DNA from: Antedon mediterranea
Taxonomy: Eukaryota; Animalia; Echinodermata
Assembly (NCBI RefSeq): GCF_964355755.1
Contig: NC_092672.1
Coordinates: 21,899,237 to 21,963,236, forward strand
Length of the DNA: 64,000 bases
Reading direction: 5' to 3'
The position numbers and the translations under genes were made by a program. A model generated the notes under the pieces. It made no database searches and was not told where the DNA came from. It worked only from the letters and a program-made list of their open reading frames with translations. This document shows, one piece after another, positions 1 to 14,384 of the stretch. Positions within the stretch are counted from its first letter, which is position 1, and each line of letters opens with the position of its first letter.

Positions 1-3000
1 GTTTACCTTTTAACTACAGCATAGGCCTACTGTATACTAAATATAATATAATTGCATAACTATGAAATTATTTATACACAATAATAATTAGTAAAATTAT
101 AAAATTCACTGCCATCAAATATGATGTGTTATGATTTATATAGATTAAAAAAAAAATTTGAATACGCAAGTTACATTTGTTGAAATTTGAAATTACCTGC
201 CATCAATATGATGGAGTATGATTATATATTTTCTAAAATGTGAACATGTCGGCTACATTTGGAAATTACCTGCCATCAATATGATATGGATTATGATTAT
301 AGATTTAAAAAATAATTTGAACACGTAAGCTACATTTGAAAATTACCTGCCATCAATATGATGGATTATGATTATAGATTTAAAAAAGAATTTGAACACG
401 TCTCAGCTACATTTGGAAATTACCTGCCATCAATATGATGGATTATGATTGTATAGTACCTGCCATCAATATGATGGGATTATGATTATAGATTTAAAAA
501 AGAATTTGAACACGTAAGCTACATTTGAAAATTATCTGCCATCAATATGATGGATTATGATTGTATAGATTTAAAAGAAAATGTGAACACGTAAGCTACA
601 TTTGGAATGAACATGTTAAGGGCATCAGTTAAGATCATTCATGCAAAGGTTTCCGTCATCTTTAGCGTTGTTACAGCAGCATAAAGCTGTACATGGTAGT
701 TTTGCCTTCTTGCACCTACATCTATATGGTTATGCATCGTGTCTTGCATCCACAATAAATCATCTCTAACGAAGCAGTAAGAATAGCTTCATTTTTCAGA
801 AGCACTGGTTGAAGTTTACAATTAGATAGCTCCCAACCAATATGTTGGTGATGGCAAATGCTGGATTGGCGATACAGCTTTTTTCCATACGAGTGCTTGG
901 AAGTGTGCTCTTTTTATATGTTGGTGCACTGCATCGCTTGTTGGAGGTAATGCCTCTGGTTTTTTTGTTAAAGCCTAACTTCATTGGTACTTTTAACTTG
1001 ACCAACACCGTAAACGTAGCAAATGAATCTTTCCGATTTCATAATAACTTGGTCACTGATAGGTTTTCTCCCAGGTCTTTAATTAGTTCATACTTTTTTT
1101 TTAATACTTCCCATGCCGATGCCTTTGAGTGACCACTTAGATATGAGCAGTGAAGAGTTAAATTACTGTATGTATATGTATTAATGTAATTTAACTCTTC
1201 CCTGGATATGAGTAGTATCGCATCCACTAATAGTATGGAATAGAATCAGTGCTTTTGTAGAACCCTCGGGCAAGGCTTGAAAAATGTCTTTTATAGATAC
1301 TTTCTTTTTTTGGATGTCCCTGTCATCATCCATTTGGATACCATGCTTTGGTAGTGAGACACTAGAATCACTAGTACGTCTGTATCCCTAGAAGCAACTA
1401 CAACTGTGTCGTATCGGACATTGGCAGCATGACAAGTCTCGTGTCCGATTCTTCATGGTCTGCTACCAGAGACAACGTATTCGTGTAGACTTTTGATGAT
1501 TTAACAACTGATTCTTTCATAAATCTACCAGCTGTGACAATTTCTTTGTCTATAGGAGCTTGATGAATCAACTCCTCTGATAGAAATCGTGTCAGATCTG
1601 CATTATTATCTTGTAATGCCAAAAAGTTTGACCAGCAATTTGGCAGCGGTATTTCACCACTTTCTATAATTCGACGAATTGGTCTCTGTGTTTTGGTTCA
1701 TCTTTGTCTGGTGGTGTCCTTTATCGACAGTTAGGCATGCCATGTTAAAAAAAAAAAAACCAGAGCCATTACCTCCAACAAGCGATGCAGTGCACCAGCA
1801 TATAAAAAGAGCACACTTCCAAGCACTCATATTGAAAAAAGCTGTATCGCCAATCCAGCATTTGCCATCACCAACAGATTTTGGGTGGGAGCTATCTAAT
1901 GGTAAACTTCAACCAGTGCTTCTGAAAAATGAAACTATTCCTACTGCTTCGTTTTAGATGATTTATTGTGGATGCAAGACACGATGCATAACCAATAGAT
2001 TTAGGTGCAAAAAGTCAAAACTACCATGTACAGCTTTATGCTACTGTAACAACGCTAAAGATGACGGAAACCTTTGCATGAATGATCAAAACTGATGCCC
2101 TTAACATGTTCATTCCAAATGTAGCTTACGTGTTCACTTTTCTTTCAAACCTATAGGCCTACAATCATAATCCATCATATTGATGGCAGGTAATTTTCAA
2201 ATGTAGCTGACGTGTTCAAATTCTTTTTAAAATCTATAATCATAATCCATCATATTGATGGCAGGTAATTTTCAAATGTAGCTTATGTGTTCAAATTCTT
2301 TTTAAAAATCTATAATCATACTCCATCATATTGATGGCAGGTAATTTCAAATTTCAAATTTCAACAAATGTAACTTGCATGTTCAATTTTTTTTTTTAAA
2401 TCTATATAAATCATAACACATCATATTTGATGGCAGTGAATTTTATAATTTTACTAATTATTATTGTGTATAAATAATTTCATAGTTATGCAATAATATT
2501 ATATTCAGTACGGTATACAGTAGGCCTATGCTGTAGTTTAAAGGTCAATAACCATACTATCGGCCATTCTAGTACAAAATGTGCCATTAGACTGGATAGA
2601 AATACACATGTTTTAAACAATTTAAAAAGAAAAAAAAATTCATAAGACCACAATTTTCAAAGTTATATTATTATTATTTTATTATATTTGACTAATAGTT
2701 CAAAGGTCAATAGTTGTAGAATCGACCATTTTTTGTAAAAACATTTCATTATAATAAATAAGAATGTAGAGTTTCTGAACAATTTGAGCCCTATTTCGTG
2801 TCTCTCCGATTATTGGTTACTGAGATACGATAAATCAAGGTCAAAGGTCAAAATGTCAGAAATAAGACTTGCATCCATTTTTTGAGAAAATAAAATTAAA
2901 GTGAATATAAAAACATATATTTAAAACATTTTGACACCAAAATTAATTATCTGTGACTAGTGGTTCTCGAGATATAGGGTAATTATAAAAAATGGCCGCC

Positions 3001-3160
3001 ATTTTTAATTATGCAAATTAAGGGCTTAGATGGCCGAATTTCGCTTGGGATCCGCCATATTCGTAATCAGCGGGGTCGAAATATCCTAAATCAAGTGGAT
3101 CCCAGCTTCTACCCAAAAATGCTTCTTACATCATATTTCAGAGGAAATAGAACTTGTCTA
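1..3160. mobile_element. Palindromic (two 3' ends) remnant of an AcademX-type DNA transposon; left end lies outside the window
   Basis: 1..~980 is the reverse complement of ~1729..2545. Degenerate coding pieces give the XPG/PIN-like motifs DHEESDTR and SRDTDV (minus strand, 1370-1460), LPPTSDAVHQHIKRAHFQ..GW, and a C-terminal Cys-rich finger CGCKTRC..CKKSKLPCTALCYC (1966-2048). These match the XPG+Cys8 C-terminus of Academ proteins. The putative terminus ...GAACTTGTCTA at 3160 reads 5'-TAG on the other strand. Confidence 0.7.
100..605. repeat. ~70-75 bp tandem subterminal repeats of the Academ-like element (mirrored at ~2110-2440)
   Basis: Unit AAATTACCTGCCATCAATATGATGGATTATGATTATAGATTTAAAAAAGAATTTGAACACGTAAGCTACATTTG repeated about 7 times, with reverse-complement copies in the opposite arm. 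Confidence 0.85.
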
Positions 3161-6100
3161 TAATGACTTTAGAATGATTAACTGTTGGGAATTAAATATT
3201 ATGCAGAGCAAGTATGTCTTCACTCAGAGATGTCCATAGCCCTTTAATTTTACTGTAAATAAGAATTTGAGTTATCTACACTAAAGGTTATTCACATGAC
3301 AGTATGTAATATATATAGGTAACTTTATTCCCCCCAAAAAAATTACAGTATGTAATAGTGATATGTAAAAGGAATTTAAATAATAAAGCATAATAATCAG
3401 AAATAGAAAAATTTATTTAATTAATTCAAATTGTTCAATAGAATTTAAAATATTTAAAATTCCTTGAGTATTATCACAAATAAATAATTTTTTCAATTTG
3501 TAGCATTCAAAATACAGTAGGAGGGTTTGTTTATAATTTTATAATTATATTACTCGATGGGTAGGCACCCAAAAATTATTATTTTTACTCTATCTTTGGT
3601 ATGGCATTCTTTAAAAATTACCTTTTTTTTCAATGAGCTTGCCTGAATCTTCGACTGTCTGATGTTTTCAATTCTCCTTCTCCTTTTTTATTTGGATATA
3701 TATTGTATTTTGTATCATCATCTTCCCAACTTTTTTATTATTTTTTTCTGGGAGCCTAGGCGTAAAGTTGTTAAACTTATATAGGTTTCCTTCCACACAT
3801 ACTATGTTTTTTATTGGTTATCACAAGTGTTTATATAATTATTATTTTATGTATTTTTAATATATGTGAGGAGAACATTTATTGAATATTTATTGAATAT
3901 TGAACAAATCAAATCACAAGTGTTTACATAATTATTATTTTATGTATTTTTGTGTATTTATTGAATATTGAATAAACAAATCAAAAATCAAATAAAAAAA
4001 AATCATAATATAACAATGTTGTGTATGCTAATAATGCCTTAGTAAACATGTGAACTCACATGTTGTATACGAATACTATTGGGCTACTGGTTTAAATTTT
4101 GGTTTATATCTAGTAGGACTAATAATACAATTAATTTGCATTACTAGAGTAAGCTAAGCTAGTGGCATGTTTTGAATTTAAAATGACCATTTTGATTAAC
4201 TGGCATATATACAGTAAATGAAAGTGTGAAACTATTGGTTAATAGTGAGTACGGTAGGTGTACTATTTAAATGTTATGATTTTCTAAAAACCAAATGATG
4301 GTTACATCACCAATAGAGTTAGCCTAGGCATCTAGGCTTATAATAGGCCTACTAGACAATATGTGAAAAGGTAATTAAATAAAATACTTTTTGTCTTTTT
4401 CTATTTGGGCATTGGAATCAATCATAAATACATTTTTATTTTTTTTTCTGTTACTTAGACATTTTTTCATTCATACTTCTTAAAAGATGTCACTGTAGTA
4501 ATGTCTAATAAGTGCCTCTAAATTATTGAATGCACTTCCTAATGATATCACATGTACCCCGATCTCAAGGAATTGTTTTCTGTATTTTAAGTAAAAAACT
4601 ACATTTCATCAAATTACTAGTATATTTTAAATGATTATTGTCAGCCGTTTTTCATCTCCTCTGCCGCATATGGCTACTAAATTCCAACAATTACCATTTA
4701 TATCGTTTAGTGTCTTTATGCTTCCTGTGTATTTGTTTGTTTTTTTTGTTTGTGTTTTGTTCTGTCTTTTTGTTTTATTGTACATGGCTTGCCCGCCACA
4801 AGTAACTTCTAGTTTAGCTTCTTCTTTTTAGCATTTAAAAAAAATTGTATATGTTTATTTTTTGAAGCAAAAGTATATTTATTATTATTTTAATTCTTTA
4901 TTTTTGTCAAATGTTAACGTTCTATTTTAAAGAATAATAAATGCTACTTGAAATTAAATGAATTTATAAATTATGGAACTATTAAGAAAGAAAACAAATC
5001 AAATAGTTTATTCATATCGATATTGCAAAATTATTTTACAACTCTTTATAGAGTATTGAAAAACTCATTTTATGTGTTATTATTAACTTCTTTAAATTGT
5101 ATTAATCTATTAATCAATTTTTCCTGTTGTAATCTTTTGTGGTCATTTTTAGATTTTATTTTGCATATGTTTTATGCACACATTATTTTTGTGAACAAGC
5201 TCCATTACAAAAATGATTTTATTATTATTATTATATTATAACTTATATTATCAAGGTTCTTATATTTTTTAATGAATCCCAAAAGTTTGAGATCTGTCAG
5301 TCTTTATAGTGTAAAGCTGGTGTTAAGACACAGCTAAAACTCTCTGGATAGGAAATAGGGTAGTATAAACTCTTGAGATGGTGAAAAATGTTTTGTAGAG
5401 CAAAGTTTTTAATGGAATTTTTATTTTATGACCTCCTCCCCCCCCCCCCCCCACTAAAAAAGTGTTAGATTACATCGTTCCTCTTTTTTATAGTTTATAT
5501 TGTAGTATAAATGAAGCATGGCATCCTGAGCTCAATATGATTCTTTCAAAGTTAAAATAATATATACTAAAAGGAAAATAATATGTGTTACTAAAGTCAC
5601 GTATCCATGGTGATGTGATGACGTTATTACGATACTATCTGAATTAAATATTCAGCCAGTGTGCAAAAACTTCTGGATACTATTTAACTTGATTATCAAT
5701 GACTTTAACGCCTTTTTAATGTTTATATTATATAATGCTTTTTTTATATACACATTATTATACATGGATACAAAGTTTAAAGAATAAACGAAAAAAGAAA
5801 GAAAAGGGGAGAATTACTGTACATTGGATAATAACAATTTAAACAGATTATAAAGATGTAATATTTAGAACAACAACACATATTGCGGATTGAATTGTGT
5901 CTTGTGAATGAATGATTTTTGGTCTTTATTTTGAATATTATATGGATAAAGATATACAACAATGACAAAAAAAGTAGGATTATATTGGATAACAATGATC
6001 AATAGATTATGAAGATTGTAGATTTATGACAACTACTGTATTACATATTTCTGATTAACTTGTATTAATTATGTCATTGAATGAATGAACAAAAGTGCTG

Positions 6101-7786
6101 GTTCAAGCCAGAAAAGAGAAAAAAGACAGTGCTAGAACCCTGGTGCATTTAACATCGTGTATAAGAGAATGACAAAGTCAAATAAAGTATAAAGGTGTGA
6201 AAGAGTATAAGAGCATGATGTCAATACAGAGAAGAGATTAGTGGCTTTATGTAGTTTTGCAACGCCCTTTTCATTAATTGGTATGTGTGTTAATAGAGCA
6301 TTGTCACACATTGCATACAAAAACAAGTCATGATATTATTTTATGCTCACAAAACTGAATTCAGAAGAACATCAAACATATATTTATGAATAAAACTGAA
6401 AAAAAATTAATTAGTAGTTTCTATAATTATAAATTGCTTTAAAAAATATAATTTGGGATTTACACTACCCATCTGAATATACATACACCTTAATCTGAAT
6501 ACCTTATCCAACATGATTACAGTGTTTAAACAGCGCATAATACTATGCCTTTGTAGATTCATTCCATAACATAGTTTCATTCCATTAAAACTACAATAGT
6601 AACATTATCATATAACCTATATAACCTACCACTTTTTTTAATAGAATAAACCGAATGCTATCATCTCTTTAACTATTTAATACACAATAACATCTACCCA
6701 TCTGTGATAGTGCAGCGTGTCAATCACAGCTAAAGACACCCTTGTACACCTTTTTGTGTCTTATTATCCAATGCCTTTCAACACAAGGCACAAAACAAAA
6801 GAAACCACCTATATTATTCTACTTGAGTTCGCTAGATCATCATATAAAAGTGCATTATGATGGGATCAGATTTTTTTTTGTCCTTTATTAATAATTATAA
6901 TATTGACAACCATTCTGTTTGTTCATGGTTGTGCAGAGCCATGATAATACAATTGTCACAGCTTGAATAAGGTGACAGGGAGAAAATTAAATGAAAACCT
7001 TTCTCAATAACATTTCTCTGCTCAAATGCTGGATTATAATGAGTTTTTAATATTAAATGTGTCCATATAATTTATTGTATGTCAAGTAGGTCTTTTACCA
7101 CACTGATGTTTAATGTGAAATGGTTAAATGTATTCAGAGTGAGATTTGCCAATGTAAATTATCTTAATTAAAATCATTTACATTAAAATCTTTCAATTGT
7201 ATTTATATTATATTATATTAATTTTAAGTGCTGTTCTTAAAATACAATTGCAGTCTACCAAATCATGGAGCTATAAAGCTTAATGAGACTAAACACTGTT
7301 AATTTTATGATGTACATAGCCTATTTAATACTTAGTTGAAATGCCATTATTAGACATTTTTAACCATTGATTCATTTAGTGCAATTTATAAAACTTCATC
7401 AAAAGTTTTACAATGGTCATATGTGTTTTGATTATTTATACTACTACTTATAACATATTAATACCAAAATATATAGATAGTTACAATATAATAGCGGTGA
7501 AAAACTTCATGTTTGCACAATAAACATTAAAATATTGATGTTTATTTTTTAAAAAATAATAAATATATATAGGCCTAAAGAACATTTAACATTCTAAATA
7601 TTCAATAATGTATATCTTTACTGGGTAAACTTTTTATTATGATCATGATTAAATTAAATAATCTAACAATATATATATTAAAAAATATTTTTAATTACAC
7701 CACAATTATTAATGGTCATGCTTCTACTGTGCATTGCTAAAGAGGTTTGTTATAGTTGTATGACATATTATAATCTATTTTTTTAG

Positions 7787-7885
7787 GATGGAAATTCACC
7801 ACTCTTGAGAGCTGCAGCCAATGGTTACACTGCATGCTGTATGACATTAGTTGATGTTGGTTGTAATGTGAACCAGCAAAACAAT
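7787..7885 (+). CDS. Roco gene exon: ankyrin repeat
   Basis: 99-bp phase-0 exon, ttttag|GAT...AAT|gtaag, encoding DGNSPLLRAAANGYTACCMTLVDVGCNVNQQNN. Confidence 0.85.
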
Positions 7886-9072
7886 GTAAGTTGTATACAC
7901 AGTATATCTAGTAATTTCACATAGTTATGCATGTATTATTGCATCGTATTGTAAATATCACAGTGTATGCAGGTATATTACACAATACTATGAGGATTAT
8001 ACTATTTACTGCACCTCCCCCTCACAATTTCGCTCCATCACTAGGACAGAATAATCTGGATTTTTTTTTACCATATTATAATCCAAGTTAATCAACTACC
8101 ACTATTTAATCCTGAATGTTAAATGTTCTTTAGGCCTATATTTGTTATCCTCAAATTAGTGCATTCTATTTGTGTACCACACTCTATGCAAACTTCCTAT
8201 ATCTGTACATGGCTGGTGCCATGATATTATTGTAGGTATTATTGATTCCACTGTATTCACCAACCTATTTATAGAATTATAGAATCTAAATAAAATAAAA
8301 TAATAGAATAAAACCAAATATTTTATCTTTTGATTCAAAAAGATTTGATGTAAAATAGTTTAAAAAGCTGACAAGAAGCTTTTATATTAGCATTATAATG
8401 AATAAAATTGTAAGGTGAATCAATCATAAAGTATTATAACTGATATCCCAGTATACCATTTATATCGTCTGCAATTTGCAAAGTATATTGAAATTTCACT
8501 AAAGAACTTTGTCTTTTAAATGAAAAGGTTTTCTCTCTCCAGATATCTCGCTAAATAAAGATGCTCTTTTTGTATTCAGTAAATATAATCAATCAATATA
8601 ATCAATCAAATGATAGATAAGTAATGGTAAACATTCAGTAGGTTTTGATTATATCATTTATAAATCATCAATGTTTCGTAAGGAGAGTTTTTACTAAAGG
8701 GTTGTATGTACAATCAAAATATAATATTTACAGTATTAGTACAGCTTGTGCACTTTGTTTTTTTTTCACTTTTTTCAAGATTGGAGATAATGCTCTGCAT
8801 ATGATTGCTCGAGCAAAGCTTACTTATGAAGAACACAAAAATGCCTTTGTGTTCTTCATACAGGAAGGACATATGGACATTTGCAAGAAAAATAAGGTTA
8901 GTTTGTTATTAAGTACTGTAATGCAATTATTTTAATAATAAAGTTTAGTTCTATTCTTTTTTTTTAAAGTTATATAAAATATAACAAATAGAAACAAAAA
9001 GGTTTATTATTATCTGTTGATATCAAGTTTGCGGTACACCACGTTTATAAGTTCTGGAAAAAACTGTTGAGT

Positions 9073-9116
9073 TTCTCGACGTTTCGATCAATATTCTTTG
9101 ATCTTCCTCAGGAGAA
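9073..9116 (-). ncRNA. Minimal type I hammerhead ribozyme (Penelope-like element remnant)
   Basis: Minus strand reads TTCTC-CTGAGGA-A-GATCAA-agaata-TTGATC-GAAA-CGTC-GAGAA: CUGAnGA and GAAA cores, 6-bp stem II, 5-bp stem I and palindromic ACGU in place of stem III. Confidence 0.75.
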
Positions 9117-11191
9117 TTATCATTGAAAATATTACAGGCTATTTTCTTCTTGTCTGACCCTCGAGCAGTTTATTGCCCATCCACCTCCTCACATGTTCCT
9201 GTATATTTGTTTGATGCAATGATTAATTACAGAAATATTAAAATGAATATAGTATATATTTATAGTTATTAACATTTCTTTTTTATTTTTCCATTACAGT
9301 ATTCACATTGTATTGTTAAATTGTAAATCTAAATTGAATTGTTTAAACAGCAGGCTTCAATTATTTTTACTTTTAGTCTCATATTTTACTGTAAACTGAA
9401 GTATATGTTATATAATTAAATACATATAATATAAATATTGAAACTACATTAAGTATTTGTTCTATATTTCTTTAAATTATTTTGTTGACATATCATTTGA
9501 TATTAAATTTATCTTCTCAGTTGCTCATCATTAATATTTATTTCAGTTGCAGGTTACTTTTGGACTATTAGTAAGCTACATGATTTAGACCAAAAATAAT
9601 TTATTTTGTTCAAATTCTTTCAGAGCATGTATTTAATTAGTTTAGATCTAATGGCATGTGTGGTTATTATATGGCTTATGAAATGATTTTGGCCCAAAAA
9701 CCCCATAAATATTTCATTTCGGCTGATTTCACATCGTGCCTGGATTAACGTGTCCAGCACCCTGAGAAAAATATCGTGGAAAATGGGTTTAGTGATATTA
9801 ATGCATAAAATCGCACTGAGTGGAAGTAGATTTAGTCCATAGTGGAATCCAAGATATGGCCAATAGTAAAGTTATTGACCTTTGAAATATCTAGAATTTG
9901 GATAACTATTATGAAATATATTTATTTAGTCTGTCATAATTTTATTTTTTTTAATGGCCAGGGTTATTTTACCTATTAGTATTATTTAGTTTGGCTTATC
10001 TTTTGGTTTAGTATGTTCTTGCAAATTATGAAATTAAGCTGAATTTTTAAATTTGTTTTAAAAGAGTAGCTGAGGAATTTATCAGAACTTATGCTTATAA
10101 CTAGAATTGCTAATATTGTTATTTTAAATCACAAACACTTTGATTGTCAGAATGGAAAGTCTGCATTTGATATCTATAATGAAAATGTGTGCGATAAATA
10201 CGATGGTGAAAAGAAGAAAACAGAAATACTTGCAATTTTGAGTGGTAAGTTAAAAAACACATTGTGCCTCAAATAAAAGCATGAACTTCTAAAAATAGAA
10301 TTAATAATCACTTCTGTAGTATACGTAGTCAGTCCTATAATCAAACAACTTAAAAAATAGGATTTATAATATAAAAAAGTAGATTGATACAAATAGCGGC
10401 TCATCTCAACTACTGTTAGTACAGGGTATGTTGAGACTCACAGCGTTAGGTTTGTTATCTAACACAAGGCGTACGGTACAGGGTATGTTGAGACTCACAG
10501 CGTTAGGTTTGTTATCTAACACCAGGCGTACAGTACTTCATGGCATGGCAATGTGTAATATAGTTTAATTAAGTTGTACATTTTATCCCTTCTTCCATTT
10601 TGTGTGTTACTAATTCTGTTATAAATATCTACATGTTGGTCCCAAAGGTAATTTAAAAATATGTTTGTCCTTTATATCCTACATTATTTCCAATATGTAA
10701 TTCTGCACTAAAAAGCTTGATATACACATTCATTTTACTTGTTTAGGTGGACCTTTACCTTACATCGAATTGACATCGTCAGGTATGAATATTCTTCAAT
10801 TTCAATGCACTACAATAGGGCTATTGTTTCCAAATCTATAAAAAAAGGAATTAAAAATTAATATTGGTCTATAACATTAGGTATCTGTTATGTTCTATTT
10901 GTTATGGAGAAGTTTGGTATTCACAATATCTATAAAATAAACTGCTTGTAAAAATGATTTAAATATTATTTTACATTTAAGAAATAAAGTTTAGCATGAT
11001 TGAACTATTATTTTATTTACAAATTATAAAACAACAATAGACAAAGTCAACATTTCACAAAATTACATTTGGGTTATTTAGATCTAGACATTGAGAAGGG
11101 TAGGTGGAATCAAATTAACAAAATACTAATATTTTAGGATTTATTAGAATATTTTATAAACAGTATAATATATATATCTTATTTTATTTAG

Positions 11192-11440
11192 ATATTACAA
11201 ACAAAGAATTATTATACATTGCCAATAACGCCTACAATAAAAGGAAACTAATAGCAGCTAATCTTGGAATGACACAAGAAGATATAAATTCATTTGAACT
11301 ACTAAATAAAAGCAGCCAACAAAGTACTTATGACATGTTGGACGCATGGCAGACAAAGGTTACTAGGAAGTCCATGCGTTCAGAACTTGTTGCAGCTCTC
11401 AGGAAAGCTGAGGAAAAAGATGTGGCTGATAAAATTGAAA
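11192..11440 (+). CDS. Roco gene exon: death domain
   Basis: ITNKELLYIANNAYNKRKLIAANLGMTQEDINSFE...STYDMLDAWQ...SELVAALRKAEEKDVADKIE follows the death-domain pattern (LA..LG, ML..W, L..AL....DVA); phase 1-1 exon. Confidence 0.8.
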
Positions 11441-11912
11441 GTAAGTAAATAAAACCGTAAGATAGCCTTCCGAATGACTGAACTCTCTCATTTATAAGGT
11501 TCTTAAAGGCTTTGTATGTGTGTTTATAATAATAAATGAAAAACACTTTTGAATATGCAGAAATGTCTAAATTTAAATTTTGATCGCATTTTTGAGCATC
11601 GGCTTATAAGCTTAAGTGTTGGCATATACCTTATTAGTACCACATCAAACCAATTGTTGCATTTGATGAAAATCTATCATCTGTTTTTCGTGACGAATTG
11701 CTAAAGTATTTTATTCTATATACATTATACCTTCATCTTTGTACTCTGCTATTATGACCTTAATTTATTTAAGTAATGATTGAGGTATTCATAAGACAGT
11801 CTTAGTGCATATTAAACTGTTTAAATTATTAAGAGTATAATTGCTATCCTGTAGTTTACAAACAAACAGGAAGTTATACAATAGTTATTGTACCTTTTGT
11901 TTTGTTTTTAAG

Positions 11913-12078
11913 ATGTGCATGTTCCAGAGGAGATATTGGCACGAGGACCTGATGCGGTGAAAGCATTTCAAAATGCACTTGAAGAAGGACAAACAGAGTT
12001 TAATCAAGGAAGAACTATTTTTGTAGGACTTGAGAATGTTGGAAAAACTTCTACTATCAATTCTCTTTTAAGAAAAGA
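11913..12078 (+). CDS. Roco gene exon: ROC P-loop
   Basis: VPEEILARGPDAVKAFQNALEEG...IFVGLENVGKTSTINSLL is the typical pre-ROC PxEI..RG segment plus the G1 loop. Confidence 0.85.
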
Positions 12079-12679
12079 GTAAGCATACTTTATATCAATT
12101 ATTACATTTAACCACTTAAACTGTTACATACAGTTGTTACTGTACGATCAAGGATCAGACATTTGAAACATTTTTCCTGAATAATTTCAATTTACTTTAA
12201 CATAAAGTAATATCAAAATACATAGCAAATATTGATGAGAGTGACCAGCAAAGCTTGTATTCCAGTCACCCATACACATAGCTTGCCAAAATAGCTTAAA
12301 TATCTTATTTTCTTTGGGATCCTTATTATCTAAAGATATATAATCTAAATTTGATTGAAGTATTTGGCCCTTTTTTTAGATTAGTGTTCTGTGTATATTG
12401 AGGGTTTAAAATAAGATTAATGTAATGTAAAAACAATGTGATTGGAATATACCATTAAATTTGTTTGTTTCTCTAGATTATCAATGCAAACATTCTTTTC
12501 TGAATTATATAATGTCATTTTGTCATAGGTTTAATCCATTGCATATAATAACAGATGCAATGGTTAAAACAATGGTGTGTACACCAGATCCCAGTAACAA
12601 AGAAATGCTGAAAGTAACAGCGCAGGATATTTGTAAGTATTCACGTTATTCAGATACATGCTGCAACCAAAATAGATGA

Positions 12680-12940
12680 TTTATTTATTTTTTATTATTA
12701 TTTAGGCAAATTGCCAAGGATAACCATAAGCGAATTAATTCACTATCCTTCTTAAAGGTAGCAATGTTCACAAGACAAACATACACAAGATGCTCTACAT
12801 AAACAAAGTCTTATTATAAGTCTTTGGGAATGGAGTTGTAATTTGTCATTAGAAAAAATCCTGGCATATGACAGGGCTTGAACCCAGGATCCTTCAATTG
12901 GTAGCCAAGCACCATAACTACCAAGCCACAACTCCACTCC
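12680..12940 (-). mobile_element. Degenerate tRNA-derived SINE
   Basis: Minus strand has A-box-like TGGCTTGGTAG and B-box-like GGTTCAAGCC about 30 nt apart, ending in an A-rich tail near 12680-12700. Confidence 0.5.
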
Positions 12941-14384
12941 AAATTTAAAATTCACCCTGACTCATGCACTAATGTCACAACTTGTTTTTTATTTTTTTAC
13001 CAAATAATTGTTGTTCTCATGTCATTGTAAATCAATTGAATAGATACTCTAGGTTTAATATTTGGGTGACAATTTGCGACTAGTTCTTGCATACAAATGA
13101 CTTTGGTATATCATAAATGCATGGAGAAAACCACTACCATATAAACATACAAGTTATTTAAATTCAATTTGAGGATAAATTAGTTTTTAAATTATTGCAA
13201 CAACACCATAAAAATGGTTTTCAAAGTTTCTATGTTTTTAAAAACCAATGTAACTGTGTAAGAAATAAAATAATATATACATGATTTTATTCACATTTAT
13301 TAATTTAAAAGCTTTAGACATGTATCAGGATGCTGTCACTGATGTCACAGTTAAACAAATGTTGAAAAGTCCACGCCATACAAAAGGATACACACCAAGA
13401 GCAGGACCATCAAAGCAGGAAACAAAATCTGGTAAAAGATTTTAATGAAAGTTAATTCAAATTTACTTAAAATTTCTTTATTGTTATTGTAATCTGCTGT
13501 AAAATAAATTAAAAAGTATAAACATAAAAGGCACAAAATACCAATCAATATAAATTTGGTACAAAAAGAGATTTTTTTAAATAAATTTCATATAAAAGTT
13601 TTGATAAAAGACTTTATACAGCATTTTGCTGTGATTACTGCTGTGACATTTGAATTCAAATAGAGAATACAAAAGATACACATATTATAATGATGATGGC
13701 AAATTGGATCAGGTTGGAATCGCCAAAAAAATATTCATACACTAACCTTTGTTCTTGCCAAGTTAATTTGATTCTAAAACATAATGATGAATGTTAATAA
13801 CAAGGTAGCATCTTTAATTATATCATCACATTTTTCAGATAGTAGACACGAGAAAAAGAAAAACCCCACAGGAGCATCAACATCAAAACAGGAAGCCAAA
13901 TCTGGTAAAACATCTACAAGTTCAAATCCAATGCCAAGCCCACAAAAAGAGGGTAAATATTTATTTTGAAATGTGTTTGATTGTGCTGTTCATACATATT
14001 AATGATATCAGAAATAAAGACTAAAGTGCTAAATGTTGAAATGATTAAAGGAGCGGAAATTTAATCATAATCATCAGTGTCTGCTAATAAACATATATTA
14101 TCTTGCAAATTACTTTGACAGTTATTTGTTCATTTGTTATTACAGCTAATATTTGTATATTGTATGACACTGCTGTGTAATCTATTCAACTTGCAGTACA
14201 ATGTGGTTAAATAAACTCGTCATTAAACCTTTGATTGGAAAGGATAAGGTTTAGAATACTTAAATATTGCATTGGAAATACTTTTTCTTTTAACAAAAAA
14301 AGTTATAGTTGGTAATCACATGAGACCTGTTATCCTGCTCTATATACTCAGCCTGCCTCCATCAGTCTTTAAAATTAAAATTAA

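Noticed and set aside
3200-7700. Short AT-rich ORFs and possible 5' exons of the Roco gene
   Set aside because: Low-complexity ORFs without motifs; no exon could be confidently linked in phase.
10418-10533. 57-bp direct duplication in an intron
   Set aside because: Simple local tandem duplication with no further structure.
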